DNA of 64,000 bases from Harriotta raleighana (lineage: Eukaryota), in assembly GCA_050575255.1 (NCBI GenBank), contig JBNZDD010013634.1, forward strand, positions 3,073,538 to 3,137,537. The letters are read 5' to 3'. A program made the position numbers and the translations under genes. A model generated the notes under the pieces. The model was not told the DNA's origin and ran no database searches. It saw nothing but the letters and a program-made list of their open reading frames with translations. Shown here piece by piece: positions 1 through 12,189 of the stretch; position 1 is the stretch's first letter; the number at the start of each line of letters is the position of its first letter.

Positions 1-144
1 CTGACCTATTTCATTCCCCAGGACAAGATCCAGCAATGCTTCCTTCCTCGTAGGACTGGAGACATACTGCTCAAGAAAATTTTCCTGTACGCAGTTTACA
101 AATCTTTCTCCTGCTGTGCCCTTAGCGCTGCTATTTTGCCAATC
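1..144 (-). mobile_element. CR1-clade LINE ORF2 endonuclease-domain fragment, running off the window start
   Basis: Minus strand 144->1 translates without stops as DWQNSSAKGTAGERFVNCVQENFLEQYVSSPTRKEALLDLVLGNEIGQ, which carries the FLxQxVxxPTRxxAxLDLVL motif of CR1 APE-type endonucleases. Confidence 0.85.
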
Positions 145-1335
145 TCTTTGCGGTGCGATAGAGAGCATAACTCCTGTCTCTTGATGGTGATAATAATAAT
201 AATCTTTGCAATTTATCATGTCGTTCAGATGTTTCAATGTTTCCCATTTAATCCTGTATGTTATATTTCATTCACATTTTGGCACCAGAACAAATAAGGG
301 AACGAGAGAATAGTGGAACAGCATATTTGAGCCATATTTAGATTGGAGACTGAAAAATGTTGATGCATGTCAGACATTGATGTGTCCCAGCATCCAAACT
401 GCATGAGCTACTTAAGTATGCTGGAGTTGTCAACTGTTCCACACTACTTCAAAGTTATCAGTAAACAAATTGAGCCTTTAAACATCTGCGCAAATTTGTT
501 TAAATAGCAAGTTCATAAATAACTAATCTCGCCTCAATCACAAAATTATTCTTTTGCATATTTTATGACTAATGTGTACAAACGCCTGTGTTGAAATCGA
601 TCAAAGGAAGGCAATATCACAAGAGACATAGTGTGAGTGAACATAGAACAAAGTTAGGACTTCAGGACCAATATCCTCTGTAGAACATGAAGCATCAGAA
701 TCTGCCCTTTCAAAACATCCCTGCTACAGGCTATCAAGCAAATCAGCAGCAAGTTCAAGGTATCCACCATTCAATGCGTCTGTTCCATAAAAAGAAAGTG
801 ATTTTACCCTATCCAATATCTAATAGCTTAACATGTAGTCAATTAACCCTCCGATCACAAGTGTTTTTCTAATTCAACAAATTGCTGATTAAAGGTTTCG
901 ACATTTTAAATCATTGAATAACCCACTATTATGTTCAGTATTTGTTCAATACAGCCTAGTGTTTAAATTACAATCTGGGCTGTGATTAGATGGATAAATG
1001 GTAACCTATTGAATTTCTGGATCTCATTGGGTCTGTTTTTAACTAATTATAGGATCAGTCGAGCTTGAATTCTTTGTGGCACTTGTGACTTGTATTTTTG
1101 GTGATGTGATGATGAATGACTACGAACGAGTAGGTTTTCATTAGGTCACTGGGTCATTGCCAGATTCCTGTGGTGGGCCTTGGCAGCTTTGGTAATATTG
1201 CAACAGCTGCCCTTTGTGTGGAAGTGTCTACAAGAACAAGGAAGCACACCAGTCAGAATGCTGCACTGCAGTTGGTGCCTGGGACTCTACGAACGTCTGT
1301 CCCATACAACGACGAGTGTATTGTCAGAAGCTGTA

Positions 1336-1581
1336 GAGTCCTGTAGCCTATTGGTTAGAGCATTCCCCCCCACAAGCGAGAAGACCTGCTTTTGATTCCC
1401 AGACAGGCGGAATTCTTTGGCAACTTTCCTTGCTCCACACGCCTCTGTTCACTGAACAGTAGTTAGGAACCCGGATGTTTAGTCGATTGGTCCATTGCTT
1501 TTCTGGAGGTTATAATCCCTTCAATAATAATTTTAAAAAACAAAATAATAATAATTTGGTCACTAAATCCACAAATGTTTG
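1336..1581 (+). mobile_element. tRNA-headed SINE, long form with extra middle segment, 3'-truncated
   Basis: Head GAGTCCTGTAGCCTATTGGTTAGAGC and body TTTCCTTGCTCCACACGCCT match the copy at 33071. An extra segment (CTGTTCACTGAACAGTAGTTAGGAACC...) follows, which is also present in the copy at 45172-45533. Confidence 0.8.
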
Positions 1582-1584
1582 GAT

Positions 1585-1670
1585 GAGGGACTGAGCCATC
1601 TATAATCATATCCTGGCTTTGACCCACGTCCTGTGCTATATTAGCTCCTGTCTTGCTGGTATTCCATCTC
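1585..1670 (+). mobile_element. Degenerate LF-SINE-like head fragment
   Basis: ACTGAGCCAT...CCTGGCTTTGACCCACGTCCTGTGCTATATTAGCT aligns with the heads of the copies at 34271-34623 and 57965-58278. Confidence 0.4.
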
Positions 1671-1991
1671 ATCACAAGTGGTTCAATGTCTATAAATTCA
1701 AACTGCTACTTGCCATCCCTCAAATCCCTAATTAATATGTCTATCCTTGGACGCTGGTTGATGAGCATCAACTTCCGAGAGCGTCAGTTATGAGAAAGCA
1801 GAGATGGGCTTGAGAATGCCTTTAACACGACTCTCATACCTGTCACGTTTGCTGTGAATAGCCTTGAAGACTGTGGTGGGTTTTGTTAGTTGCGCCGCAC
1901 TAAAACCTCTCAAGAATTGCTTTGCTACCAGCCCAGATTGATGAATGCAATTGTCCTTTTCCTCGCAGCTGGTAAAGCCTCTACAAGAAGT

Positions 1992-2163
1992 TTCATCGGG
2001 ACTTGATTGTGCTCTGATTCCGTACTTGATTGTGCTCTGATTCCCTACTTGATTGTGCTCTGATATTATTTATATGACTTCACCTTCANTTCATCGGGAC
2101 TTGATTGTGCTCTGATTCCGTACTTGATTGTGCTCTGATATTATTTATATGACTTCACCTTCA
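1992..2163. repeat. 23-bp minisatellite inside a segment duplicated across an N join
   Basis: Unit ACTTGATTGTGCTCTGATTCC(G/C)T. Segments 1992-2088 and 2090-2163 are identical except for one extra unit and are separated by N at 2089. Confidence 0.9.
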
Positions 2164-3360
2164 GTTTGGTCTGAGCCACAGGGCAAAGGGTTGGTCAGGG
2201 TATGGTGCATGAGCCAAAGGCCATAACTAACTGAATGTATAAAAAGAGACATTAGGAATGTAATTTGTTAAAGATTCTACGCATCAGCATATGGACAAAG
2301 CTGCAGATTAGAAGCAAATATAAGAAGCAAATGTGCACTGCTGTTTTATTTATTTTATATTTCCACATTGGCTAGTTGGATACAAGAACAGAAATTTGAG
2401 CAGTATTGTATTCCTGCTGCAGTCACATTTAAAGAACCACAGTATGTAGATGCCAAATATCTCACAGCATAAACACCAAGGAGGTAAATCAATGACGTCG
2501 GCGGCAAGGTGATAAATATTGTGGTCAGCTTAACCTGAACACAATACAGTCACATCAGATATGTTATTAATGAATAAAGAAAAGTGTATTGCACTGAAAG
2601 TTTTGATTCATGGCAAGAATGTGAATCAAAATGAGTCAAAATGAAGAATTCAATAGTATTGTTTGATCCGCTCCGATTGCGCACACTACCTTACCAGTGG
2701 TGCCATGATTACTGTCTTTTGGAGAAACAACTTGAAAAGCTTTTGTCCGGTCTATAAGATTACTCCTCCATGAGAGAATAATATCTAACGTTAACATCAA
2801 ACCTATAGAACAAAAACGCAACCAAGGTACCAACTGGCAAGCCGCAACTTGTTTCAGTTCAGGTCATTTGTTTGTAGCTTGGCTGAATAATTGTTCATAA
2901 TTGTATGTGGAACAGGTGACATTCTGCAGAGTCTTGAGAATCCTCGGCTAGCGCTCGTAGATTTTGTTTCTCTCTATTTTGATAAGCTCAAACCACAGCC
3001 AATTACATATTCTTTGCTGCAGGGAGGCATTCTCATTTACTCTTTAACATTTAGCTAAAGGCAAAACAGAATTCTCCATCAGGTTCCAGCTGCTGGATGT
3101 CATTGTCCTTCACCACTTGAGGGAAGATCTCTGGGTAGAAAAGCCCCCAGTGATTTACGTTGCTGATATTTGACAGCTCAGTCTGTTTTGAACTTGGCAT
3201 AGGAGTCCTGGTGGATACAATCCATTGAACTACTCCTGTAGCTATTGAGACAGTTGTTGATGTCTTGTGTGAAATACAGACCATTTGAGAGGTGTTCTCA
3301 GGGTCTCTGTTGAACATGAAATGCAAAATATTTTATCATATTTTAAAATATTTCACAAAA

Positions 3361-3460
3361 TTCACAGTTGATTCACTTTGCAATGTATTCAGTGAAGTGC
3401 TTTGAGATTTCTCAACAACGTGATAGAGCATTTTAGCAAATGTAAGGGATTATTATTATT
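3361..3460 (+). mobile_element. SINE 3' fragment
   Basis: CAGTTGATTCACTTTGC...GTGAAGTGCTTTGAGA...AAATGTAAGGGATTATTATTATT tail. Confidence 0.75.
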
Positions 3461-3599
3461 ACATAATGTCAGGAAGCAACACCAGTAATAAGATTCCTTA
3501 TTGTTGTATAAAAAAGTAGTCATCTCTGGCTAGAAAAATCATTGCCTAAGGTTTATTTATTAGTTTTCTTCCTGTTTCGGCTTGTCAGTGCATAACGTG

Positions 3600-3740
3600 A
3601 TCAATTTGATGGCTTTTTGTGGGACCTCGCAGTGGGAAACAAAATAAACGGTTACTGCACTTCACATTAAATCCTTTTAAGGGCTTTGAGGTGTCTTCCT
3701 AACGTAAAAAGTGCTGTATCAAATGCAAGGATTATTATTT
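3600..3740 (+). mobile_element. Old SINE 3' half
   Basis: TTTGTGGGAC...GCTTTGAGGTGTC...GTGCTGTATCAAATGCAAGGATTATTATT tail. Confidence 0.65.
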
Positions 3741-6700
3741 TGTAATTATTATCAAAATAAGTTAACAAGTTCAGCATTAAACCAACATATATTTCCATAA
3801 ACTCCCCAAATGATCCTACAATGCACAACTCAGGCAATGTTCAGAGCTTCTTCTCAACAGTAGGTTGACTAGAATTGTAGGAAAATACATACAGTTTGTG
3901 TTAATGAGGAGTTAACGTGCTACCGTTAACCACCTCTACTTGTGTTCTGCTGCTTTTCCTATGGGGAACCTGCCACAAATGCCTTAGGAAGGAAATTTCT
4001 TGCAAGGGTTATTATCTGGATCAGATGTTTAATAACGTCTAGGTACATCATGTCACTCAAAAAAGAAAAGCTTTATCGTGGGACCGCTATTTTCATTATT
4101 TTTCTTGGGAGGCTGATATTGCTCTGATGATTGGATGAAATTCTGTCTTGAAAGTGGCCTAGCAACAGTCAAACAGCACACACTTGTACTGTGAAATCCT
4201 GCTTTATCCTTCTCACATAACATGGGAAGCTCAGCAGTTTATTACCCTGAAAGACATGGGTCTGTTTCACAAATAAAATTTAATTTATTTTACCCATGGA
4301 ATCATTTAATGCAGATCATTTCAATTGGTTTTCTTTAGTTGGATTCCTAAAATCAGAATGTTGTGCATAATTTGACTTTGGTATTTGTTGGCTGCAGAAG
4401 TTTGAAAATGGCACTGTAATTTCTCTTTTGAAGTGCAGAATCAAATGTTTCTTTATCGTTCATACATCTCCAGGGCACTCATCTCACTATCTTTAACATC
4501 ATTATGTTTTATCCTCCAATGGAAAAAAAATGAAATAGACTGTCCTTGTGTTGATGGGTTTTGCCTCTCATGTCAGAGTTTTGTTGACTTGGAATAACCA
4601 TTCATTAAAATATGTACCAAGCTTATTTGAGCACCTAACTGTGTAACTGTAACACTTGGGATTTTCACAATGTCTACACTTTGCAAATACAATGATGTTG
4701 GGCAAATTAATGGTCCTCTGATTTTGCTGCTTAATTTAGGAGGTGTCTCAACACTGAGGTTGCATTATTGTGGCTCAAATAAAGCACATGGAACCGGGAT
4801 GAGATGTCAGAAATCAATGCACACCTTGGTGTCTGAATGTTTACTGAAGTCAAGCGCAAAGCATTCAGAAATGTTCCTGAAGAAATTACTTAAATATTGT
4901 AGATCTTTTTCATTGATCGTTAATTTCCAAAGTAAGGGCATCTGTAATTGCCTCTACATTCCCACATATGATTGGACATAGTTTACACATGGAGCATATT
5001 ACATGTGATTTACATGTAGTTTACACATGAGTTAGATGCAACAGACTTAATAGACTCCACAAACTAACTGACACTAAAATAATGAAGAAATGCCAAATTA
5101 TGTTTGTGACCATATAAGATTAAACATGCTACACGTTAGGGACACAAGATATTAATGATTGAAAATTTCACAGATGAATGCCTATGTGGAATTTTAAATG
5201 GGGGATTTTTTGAGGAAATTTATTGGATGTTTTCAGATGTGATGGAAGTGAATCAATAGAAATCATATATCGGTTTTTAGGAAATATTTGAAGCAATACC
5301 ACTAGAAGTGAAGGTAGCAAAGTTGAGAATCATAGATTTTGAGAAGAAACAAAGTAAAAATCGGTTATCCAAGTGCTCTAGGGTACCAGCACATTGTGCT
5401 ACAGAGTAGTTGGAATCCACTTTACTGGAATGTCCACATGGTGAGTTTTTATCACATCTGTAGAAGTGAGATTTTGTTCCCGAGGGAGGAAAAATTGGAA
5501 GGCAGAATAGACTTCCATCAATCATAAATGTATTAGTGGAAGACATTTCACTTTGTATTTTAAAATTAATTCTTGGGGGATAAATTGACGTAAAGTAAGT
5601 GAAAATATTGAAAAACCTATATTGTTATGTTGATTGCTTATGAAATTACAGAAGGTCTTAATGGAAGGAACACAGCAGAAGTGAATACTGCTGAAATATT
5701 TCAAGTTTAGCACTGAGCTAAAAAAAAAATATTTGCAGATGTTAACTTTTCATATGAATAGCCACAAGTGACCTATCAACAGCACGGATGCAATGTATTG
5801 CACACAGGTGTGAAAAACATTCATTTGAATTCAAGTTGAATGGTTGTAAATTTTGTGAGGTAGGAGAAGCACTTGGAGGCTGTTGAATAGTGGTTTGAAA
5901 ATGTCTCTGAAGTGTACGATGCTAGTTAATAAAGGAAATGAAATGTGCTGCACTGCCAGAAGCAGTAAATCCTAGTCCGATATGTCTTTACATTACAAGG
6001 GAACCTCCACCGAAATTAAATCTAGTTTTACTCACCAGGCTTCAGGAAAAAACACATCAAAGCATAAGGTCAGTTGTAGCTGAGAGCAGCAAAGATTTCA
6101 TCACTGCGCTAAGAAAACAGACCAGGAAAACGAAGATTATTCCCGTCAGAAAAAGATTGAGAAGAATTATGCTTCGGGTATTTCATATGAGAGCGAAGAA
6201 GGTTGAGGCAAAAAAGAAATCATTGAAACTGCGTTCAGAAAATAGGGCGAAGGCACAACTTCAACATTGGAGCAAAATGAGTGTCTGATTTTTGCAATGA
6301 TATGCCCCCTATCGCAGGCTGTGAACATTCAGTATATGGATCTTTTCAGAAGAGAATATTCATATTTTCTATCACACAAGTTCTGGGCAGTATAAAGGTA
6401 AAGCAAGAGAGTTTGTGGTGTGGAGCTGAAAGCAAGCTGACAACTGGAAACAAAATTCACTATTCATTTTCGGGGGTGCAAAATGTCTTGGTGTTAATCT
6501 ATAGGTGATAGCTGTTCAATTTATTTAAAATATATGTATTTTTATATATATGTAAAAGAAAACCCTCCAGGTAATGAAGTTGAAATGAATGGAGGGAATT
6601 GATGAAATGAAGATCAAATTGGAAGAGACGAGAGTCAAGTTCTTCATTTGACCTAATGTTTTCCATTTTCCTGGGATAGCAACGGCAGAGTCCAAAGTTA

Positions 6701-7482
6701 TTACTTTTCAATTACAGTTTCTGTTACTTTCACAATGTGCTGTGCTGCACTGCTCAGGGGTTATCACACTGTCCTTTCACCAATGGAAATGTGCAGAGTT
6801 TGAATGCAGTCCAGACTGATGAGATGAAATCGTTTCTCTGTGCTAGTTCCAAGAATCTGACCATATGCAATTTGGGGCCAGTCTGACCCTAGGCCCCATA
6901 GCAGAAAATGGTTTACTTCGGAGGATGGGGCTGCAAGTTTAAGTAAAAAGCTACATTCATAGTCCTGGGTAGTAAGCACAGTATTCTTCTAAGACTGCTG
7001 TGGACTTTTGGAGACAAAGTGCAGGAAGCTCTTAATCCATCTGAACTTTCCCTGACAGGAGAATACCCAATGCTGACATTTAAGATTTCTTTTAAGTGTG
7101 AAATTGGTTCATTTTCCAGCATCGAGGTCTTTTCACCCTGTGGGAGCAAGCATTTACCACCAAAAATATAATTGTTACAGAAAACCGAAAATTGCTGACG
7201 AGGCTTGAATAGCAGTGGATGGATCTGTCACCATTGGCATTCGTATGTGGTATTTGGTTCACATCAAATCACGTGCTCGAGGTCTTGGGAAGATATTCTC
7301 AGATGGGCTTTGGTGTCCCTAATTGAATGCACAGTATTCGGCCAATAAGAACACTATTTTCAAACATGACTAAATATAGAACTATGGAGAGCAATGGGGG
7401 ATTTAGAAGATTAATGTAATGGAGTCATAATAGCTCAAAAACTACATCTATAAATATAGATAGTACTGACTATGTATACATT

Positions 7483-7524
7483 TATATATGTGTGTGTATA
7501 TATATGTGTGTGTATGTATATGTG
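7483..7524. repeat. (TA)/(TG) compound microsatellite
   Basis: TATATATGTGTGTGTATATATATGTGTGTGTATGTATATGTG. Confidence 0.9.
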
Positions 7525-8752
7525 CAAATGTGTGATAGAGAGAAAGAAAAGAGTACTGTCTTGGTACACTAAAGATTACACATGACAAGTTAGGTTTCAG
7601 TTTTATTCCTACCTTCAGTACATTGAAGACCAAGAGTATGACAGAAGCAACCTATGTACAATCCCCAGTGCTCCAAGAACCTGTTATGGATAATGCATGA
7701 AGAAGTGTGCCTGTGTGATTGTAATGCATTGCATTGGTTTCTTGGTAGGGGTACTGTTTATACTCAATAAGAACACAGAGCAGAACGCCATAATTATGGT
7801 GTTAAACATGCTTATGCTGGAGTTATTTTTTATTTGGTGGGAAGGTTAAATGTGGGTGCAATGCCAGCACTGTGGATTTTTTAAGGAAATATTTTTGTAG
7901 TTGATGAGGAAATTCTTGCCTTTATTGGGAGGAGATTTGTTTTTGTCCCTAAAGCTTTGAGCTGTTTGTCAGTGATGAGTAGAACATTTCCACTATTATG
8001 TGAGGTAGAAACATAAACATCTTCAGGTGCTCTGAGAAATAGAGGAAATTGAGATCAGAAGCAGATGAGCACATATAATGATAGACTTCTAGATATACAA
8101 CACAAAGATATGCAATGTATAGATTGCACACAATTAAGTGTAAAGAGTGATTTCACAGTATTGCTGACAATAACAATTAAAGTTGCAAGTTACTCCTGGA
8201 AGTCCATTAAGGTGAGACATTTTCTGGTGCTTCCGAGGAAGGTTTCTTCAAAACACTTGCTTCTATTATGCTGATTGTCTGTATAAAATAAGAAGCTAAA
8301 TTATAGGTATTTGGGGGCATTGTATTATCCTTTTGACATTAGCTGATACTGTAATTTGTTTTTGCCATATTTATAGAAGAAATACATACAAAAAAATTCA
8401 GATACATACTTGTGAAAATATTCAACTGTTCTTTCTGGGGACCTTACCATTTTCATATTGTTTTTTGGTCTGTATTTTGACACTGGTGCAGCAACAGTGA
8501 TGTTACTCATTCCTATGGTTCTGGAGACCTTTAGAGTTTAACCTCGATATTCCCTAACATCACTGTGAGAGTTGATGAATTCCAGAAACCATGAGGTACC
8601 CATAGAAATTTGGGCATGTTTCTATAGATACTATAGACACTAACATTTTTATCCTGCTCCTCATTACTTGTCAGTTTCATTCAGCTGTTATCACTTTTGC
8701 CCCTGCATTAGTAGGTTTGTAAGTTCACGCCCACAGTCTTTGGCTAGTGTAG

Positions 8753-8919
8753 TAATAATAATAATCCTTGTATTTGATACAGCACGTTATCACATCATTT
8801 AAGATGTCTCATAGCGCATCACAGGTTATGTTGTAAAGTGGATTGACTGTATATTTTGAGGAGCCACAATGTGAATGACCAATTTTATCTGGCGAATGTT
8901 TGGCCAGGATGTCCTCCTG
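8753..8919 (-). mobile_element. Old SINE 3' part, probably the Deu-domain type
   Basis: Reverse tail TAATAATAATCCTTGTATTTGATA, followed by GAATGACCAATTT and TTGGCCAGGA, as in the copies at 41505 and 52711. Confidence 0.7.
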
Positions 8920-10010
8920 TTGAGATCCCAGCAAACAGTTTACCAATTGGAAGAAAGTGGCTCCAGTGATAGTTTTGTTCTAGGTTTACTGTAGTTTGCT
9001 TTTTAATCATTTGGGTTCAAACCATTGTATTTATGTAATATTTCAAATGTTAAATATTTTACTACCTTGCAAAATTTATTGTCACAGGTTTGAATTTGAT
9101 TATACTGTACACATAAGTGGTTCCTTTGTACATGTGAATTTTGCAGGAAAGGAAATGGGTGAGATGGTTTTAATGAATTCATTGATTGCATTTGAGAAGT
9201 GACGTTGTTGTATCCAGAAAAAGTTATTGCCGGATGTAATAATGAAGATGTTAGCTCTGATGATGGAAATGCCTGTATAAAACAAGAAGCTAAAGGGTGA
9301 GCCTTTCTTGTCTGAATCCACGAGTACAGTTAGTTGATTCATATTCCTCACTATCCTCCATGCTCCTAGAATACATTTGCATTGTTTTGGTAAACCTTTC
9401 CATCCAAATAATGCTCTTGTGAACATGTGCTTGCCTTTAACTAAAAATACTGAAATTGCACTAGGTATGTGTCAAGTCTTTGGAGAGTATCAAAATGCAT
9501 TTAAAAACCAAGGGTGGTTGAAATTGTGTTTCTTTTTACAAAGACAATACTTTCTGATTCTTGAAAAAACATTCCCTTTTTTGTGTAAAGTTCTCAAAGT
9601 TTGTCAAACAAACATCTTGGTTTATTTGCTCAGAGTTACGTTTCTTATTGAGAATCTGGCAAGGAAGGGATACAGTATTTGGAAATAAATGGAACCAGCT
9701 TTGCCAAACAAAAGTAATACCTTCAAATTTTTTAGCCATGTTGTTTCACTGCGTTACAATAAGAGCATAATTTGTTTGAAAATAATAAATACTGTATCCC
9801 TGAGAGTGTTTGTACCAATTTTCACCGGATTGAATTTGGTTACAGACGTGTTCATCTGAGTCCAATATTCCAGCACAGCATTACGTGTGAAAAATGTCCA
9901 ACTTCAGCTTGTCAGGTCGCTGCTGATTTGCACCTTCCAGGCAGGAGGTGCTGCTAACCTTAATCCCCAGTACAAGTCACTGTCACCCCGTTGATGTGGA
10001 AATTGGCTAT

Positions 10011-10225
10011 TAATAATAATAATAATCCCTTCAAAAAAACACAATAATAAAATTGGTCATTTCAATCCACGACTGTTTGTGGGACACTGCTGTGCGCAAT
10101 TGGCTGCCATGTTTCGCCCACAAGTATACAGTCAATTCACTTTACAGTATATTCTGTGAAGTGCTTTGAGACGTCTAGAAGACATGAAAAGCGCTATGTC
10201 AAATGCAAGGATTATTATTATTATT
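10011..10225 (+). mobile_element. 5'-truncated young SINE
   Basis: Near-consensus body AATTGGTCATTTCAATCCACGACTGTTTGTGGGACACTGCTGTGCGC through to the (ATT)n tail. Confidence 0.92.
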
Positions 10226-10639
10226 GTTCATAGTTTTGAAAGTTCAATCAGTGCTTTTCTACAGTTACCTGTAGATAAGCGCAATAAGCGAATCCACTCT
10301 CAACTGGGAAGGAGAGGAAAGATTAGAATGCCCTTGCCCTGTAATAATAAACCATTGGATCGATCCTTACAGCAAAACTGCTTTTGTTCCCTTTGAACGA
10401 TGTGCTGTTGTGATTGTTTCACAGCATGTAGAAGCTGATGATTTGGAGATATTTTGGCTTCCATGTTTGAATGACCACTTCATCTTTCTCTGAAACCACG
10501 ATAGTGGTTGAAAATGATATTGACCGACAATTCTCTCAGTTTTGAATTCAGCAGTTTTGCAGTCCAGCCCTCACAATCTTTGGGGGAAAGAGGGGGAAGG
10601 TAGTGCTATTGGTAAGGAAATGTTTACAGTTACATTAGC

Positions 10640-10790
10640 AACTCAAGCAATGTGACTCCCGTCCTGGCAGATCTCAGAGGCTGAATTCATTATGCTAATG
10701 TGGATAATGTATTAAATTATCTCAATTTGGCCTAATTTGTTTATGTAAATTAGAATAATGTCAAACAGGCTTTGCTCAGCAACTCAAACT
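10640..10790. promoter_or_regulatory. Candidate conserved non-coding enhancer-like block
   Basis: Repeat-free, dense in TAAT/ATTA cores, with POU-like ATGCTAAT and ATGTAAAT and a TGTCA site. Conservation was not tested. Confidence 0.3.
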
Positions 10791-11589
10791 ATACGTTCTA
10801 GTTATATGAAATTATGAAGTATTATTGCTAAGATATTGACTTACAAATAATAAGACCTAATTTGCATTAAATTAATTCCAAAATAGGCTGGTATGGTAAA
10901 TTTCAATAGTATAGGTTCATTTTACTATATTACCAAATGATGCTGACAGACTTTCACTTGCCCTTCCCAGGCACCAATTCTCAACTGAATACATTGCCTT
11001 CCAGCAAAGTCTGTCTGGAGTGGCTTACTTTTTTCCCCTTTCCCCCCCATTCCTCTTCCTGCTGGCATGAGCCTTCTTGTACATGGTTTGAGTCCCTTTG
11101 CTGTTTTCATCATCCTCCCCCACACCTGTCCTTCCCAGTGTCTCTTGGAATATCTTGCTGGAACAAAGATGGCTGTGTAATGGGTGCGGGAAAGGGGGGT
11201 GGGGGGTGTTGACAGGCTACATCTGTCACTCAGCACAAAAGAATAGTTTAAATAGCAGGCACTCGTACAATGAAGAAGGCTTCCTATCAGCAAAGCAGCT
11301 CTCTATATGACATCAGCAGCTTGTGCACTTTTTAAAAAATTGTTTATTTATTATAATAAATAATTTATTTATCATTTTAATTTACTTATTAATTATTTAT
11401 CATGTGTAAGAATTCTTGGAGTTATCCCATTCCTTGTAGAAAGAGCTGGGTTTAACGTTATTACAGTCAAAGCTGATTCCTATTAATCCTTCTCTTCGTA
11501 TAAGCTCTAACAGTTCAAGTCTACACCTGGGTCTAAATTACTGGAGTCTTCGTATTCTGCTAAAACATTGTTTGTGTATGTCAAACATA

Positions 11590-11750
11590 CTTTTTGGGAC
11601 ACTGCAGTGAGCAATTGGCCATCACGTTTCGCCCACAAATATACAGTCAGTTCACTTTACAGTACATTCTGTGAAGCACTTTGACACATGCAGAAGTGAA
11701 AAGCGCTATAGCAAATGCAAGCACCATTATTACTCTATTATCATTATTAA
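11590..11750 (+). mobile_element. SINE 3' half
   Basis: GGGACACTGC...TTTCGCCCACAAATATACAGTC...AAGCGCTATAGCAAATGCAAG. Confidence 0.88.
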
Positions 11751-11869
11751 ATTATAATGCAAGTGACTACAAGTATTTTGTCTTACTGTTACAATTGCAA
11801 TGTATTAGTGTTTTGGTAAAACTGGAAAGACACCTAAGATCTGAAAATATGAATAATTGATATTAAATA

Positions 11870-12189
11870 AATAATAATAATTCTTGCAGTTGATATAGCG
11901 CTTTTCACATCTTATCGATGTCTCAAAGCGCTTCACAGAATATGCTGTAAAGTGAATTAACCGTATATTTGTGGGCGAAATGCGGCAGCCGATTGCGCAC
12001 AATAGTGTCCCACAAATAATCGTGGATTGAAATGACCCATTTTATTATTGTGTGTTTTTTTGGGACGGATTATTATTAGGCATGTGGAGTAAGGAAACTT
12101 GCCCAAGATTTCGCCCTGACCTGCCTGATTCAAACACGGGTCTCATGCTTGAAAGGCGGGTGCTCTAACCACTGAGCTGCAGGAGCTCC
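11870..12189 (-). mobile_element. Full-length short-form SINE
   Basis: The reverse complement gives GAGCTCCTGCAGCTCAGTGGTTAGAGC (A box) and GTTTGAATC (B box), then the full body and an (ATT)n tail. Confidence 0.93.

Noticed and set aside
1992-2163. Direct repeats superficially like a CRISPR array
   Set aside because: There are no unique spacers, the context is eukaryotic, and it is a minisatellite at an assembly join.
5938-6288. 116-aa Lys/Arg-rich ORF
   Set aside because: It reflects A-rich composition and has no recognisable domain.
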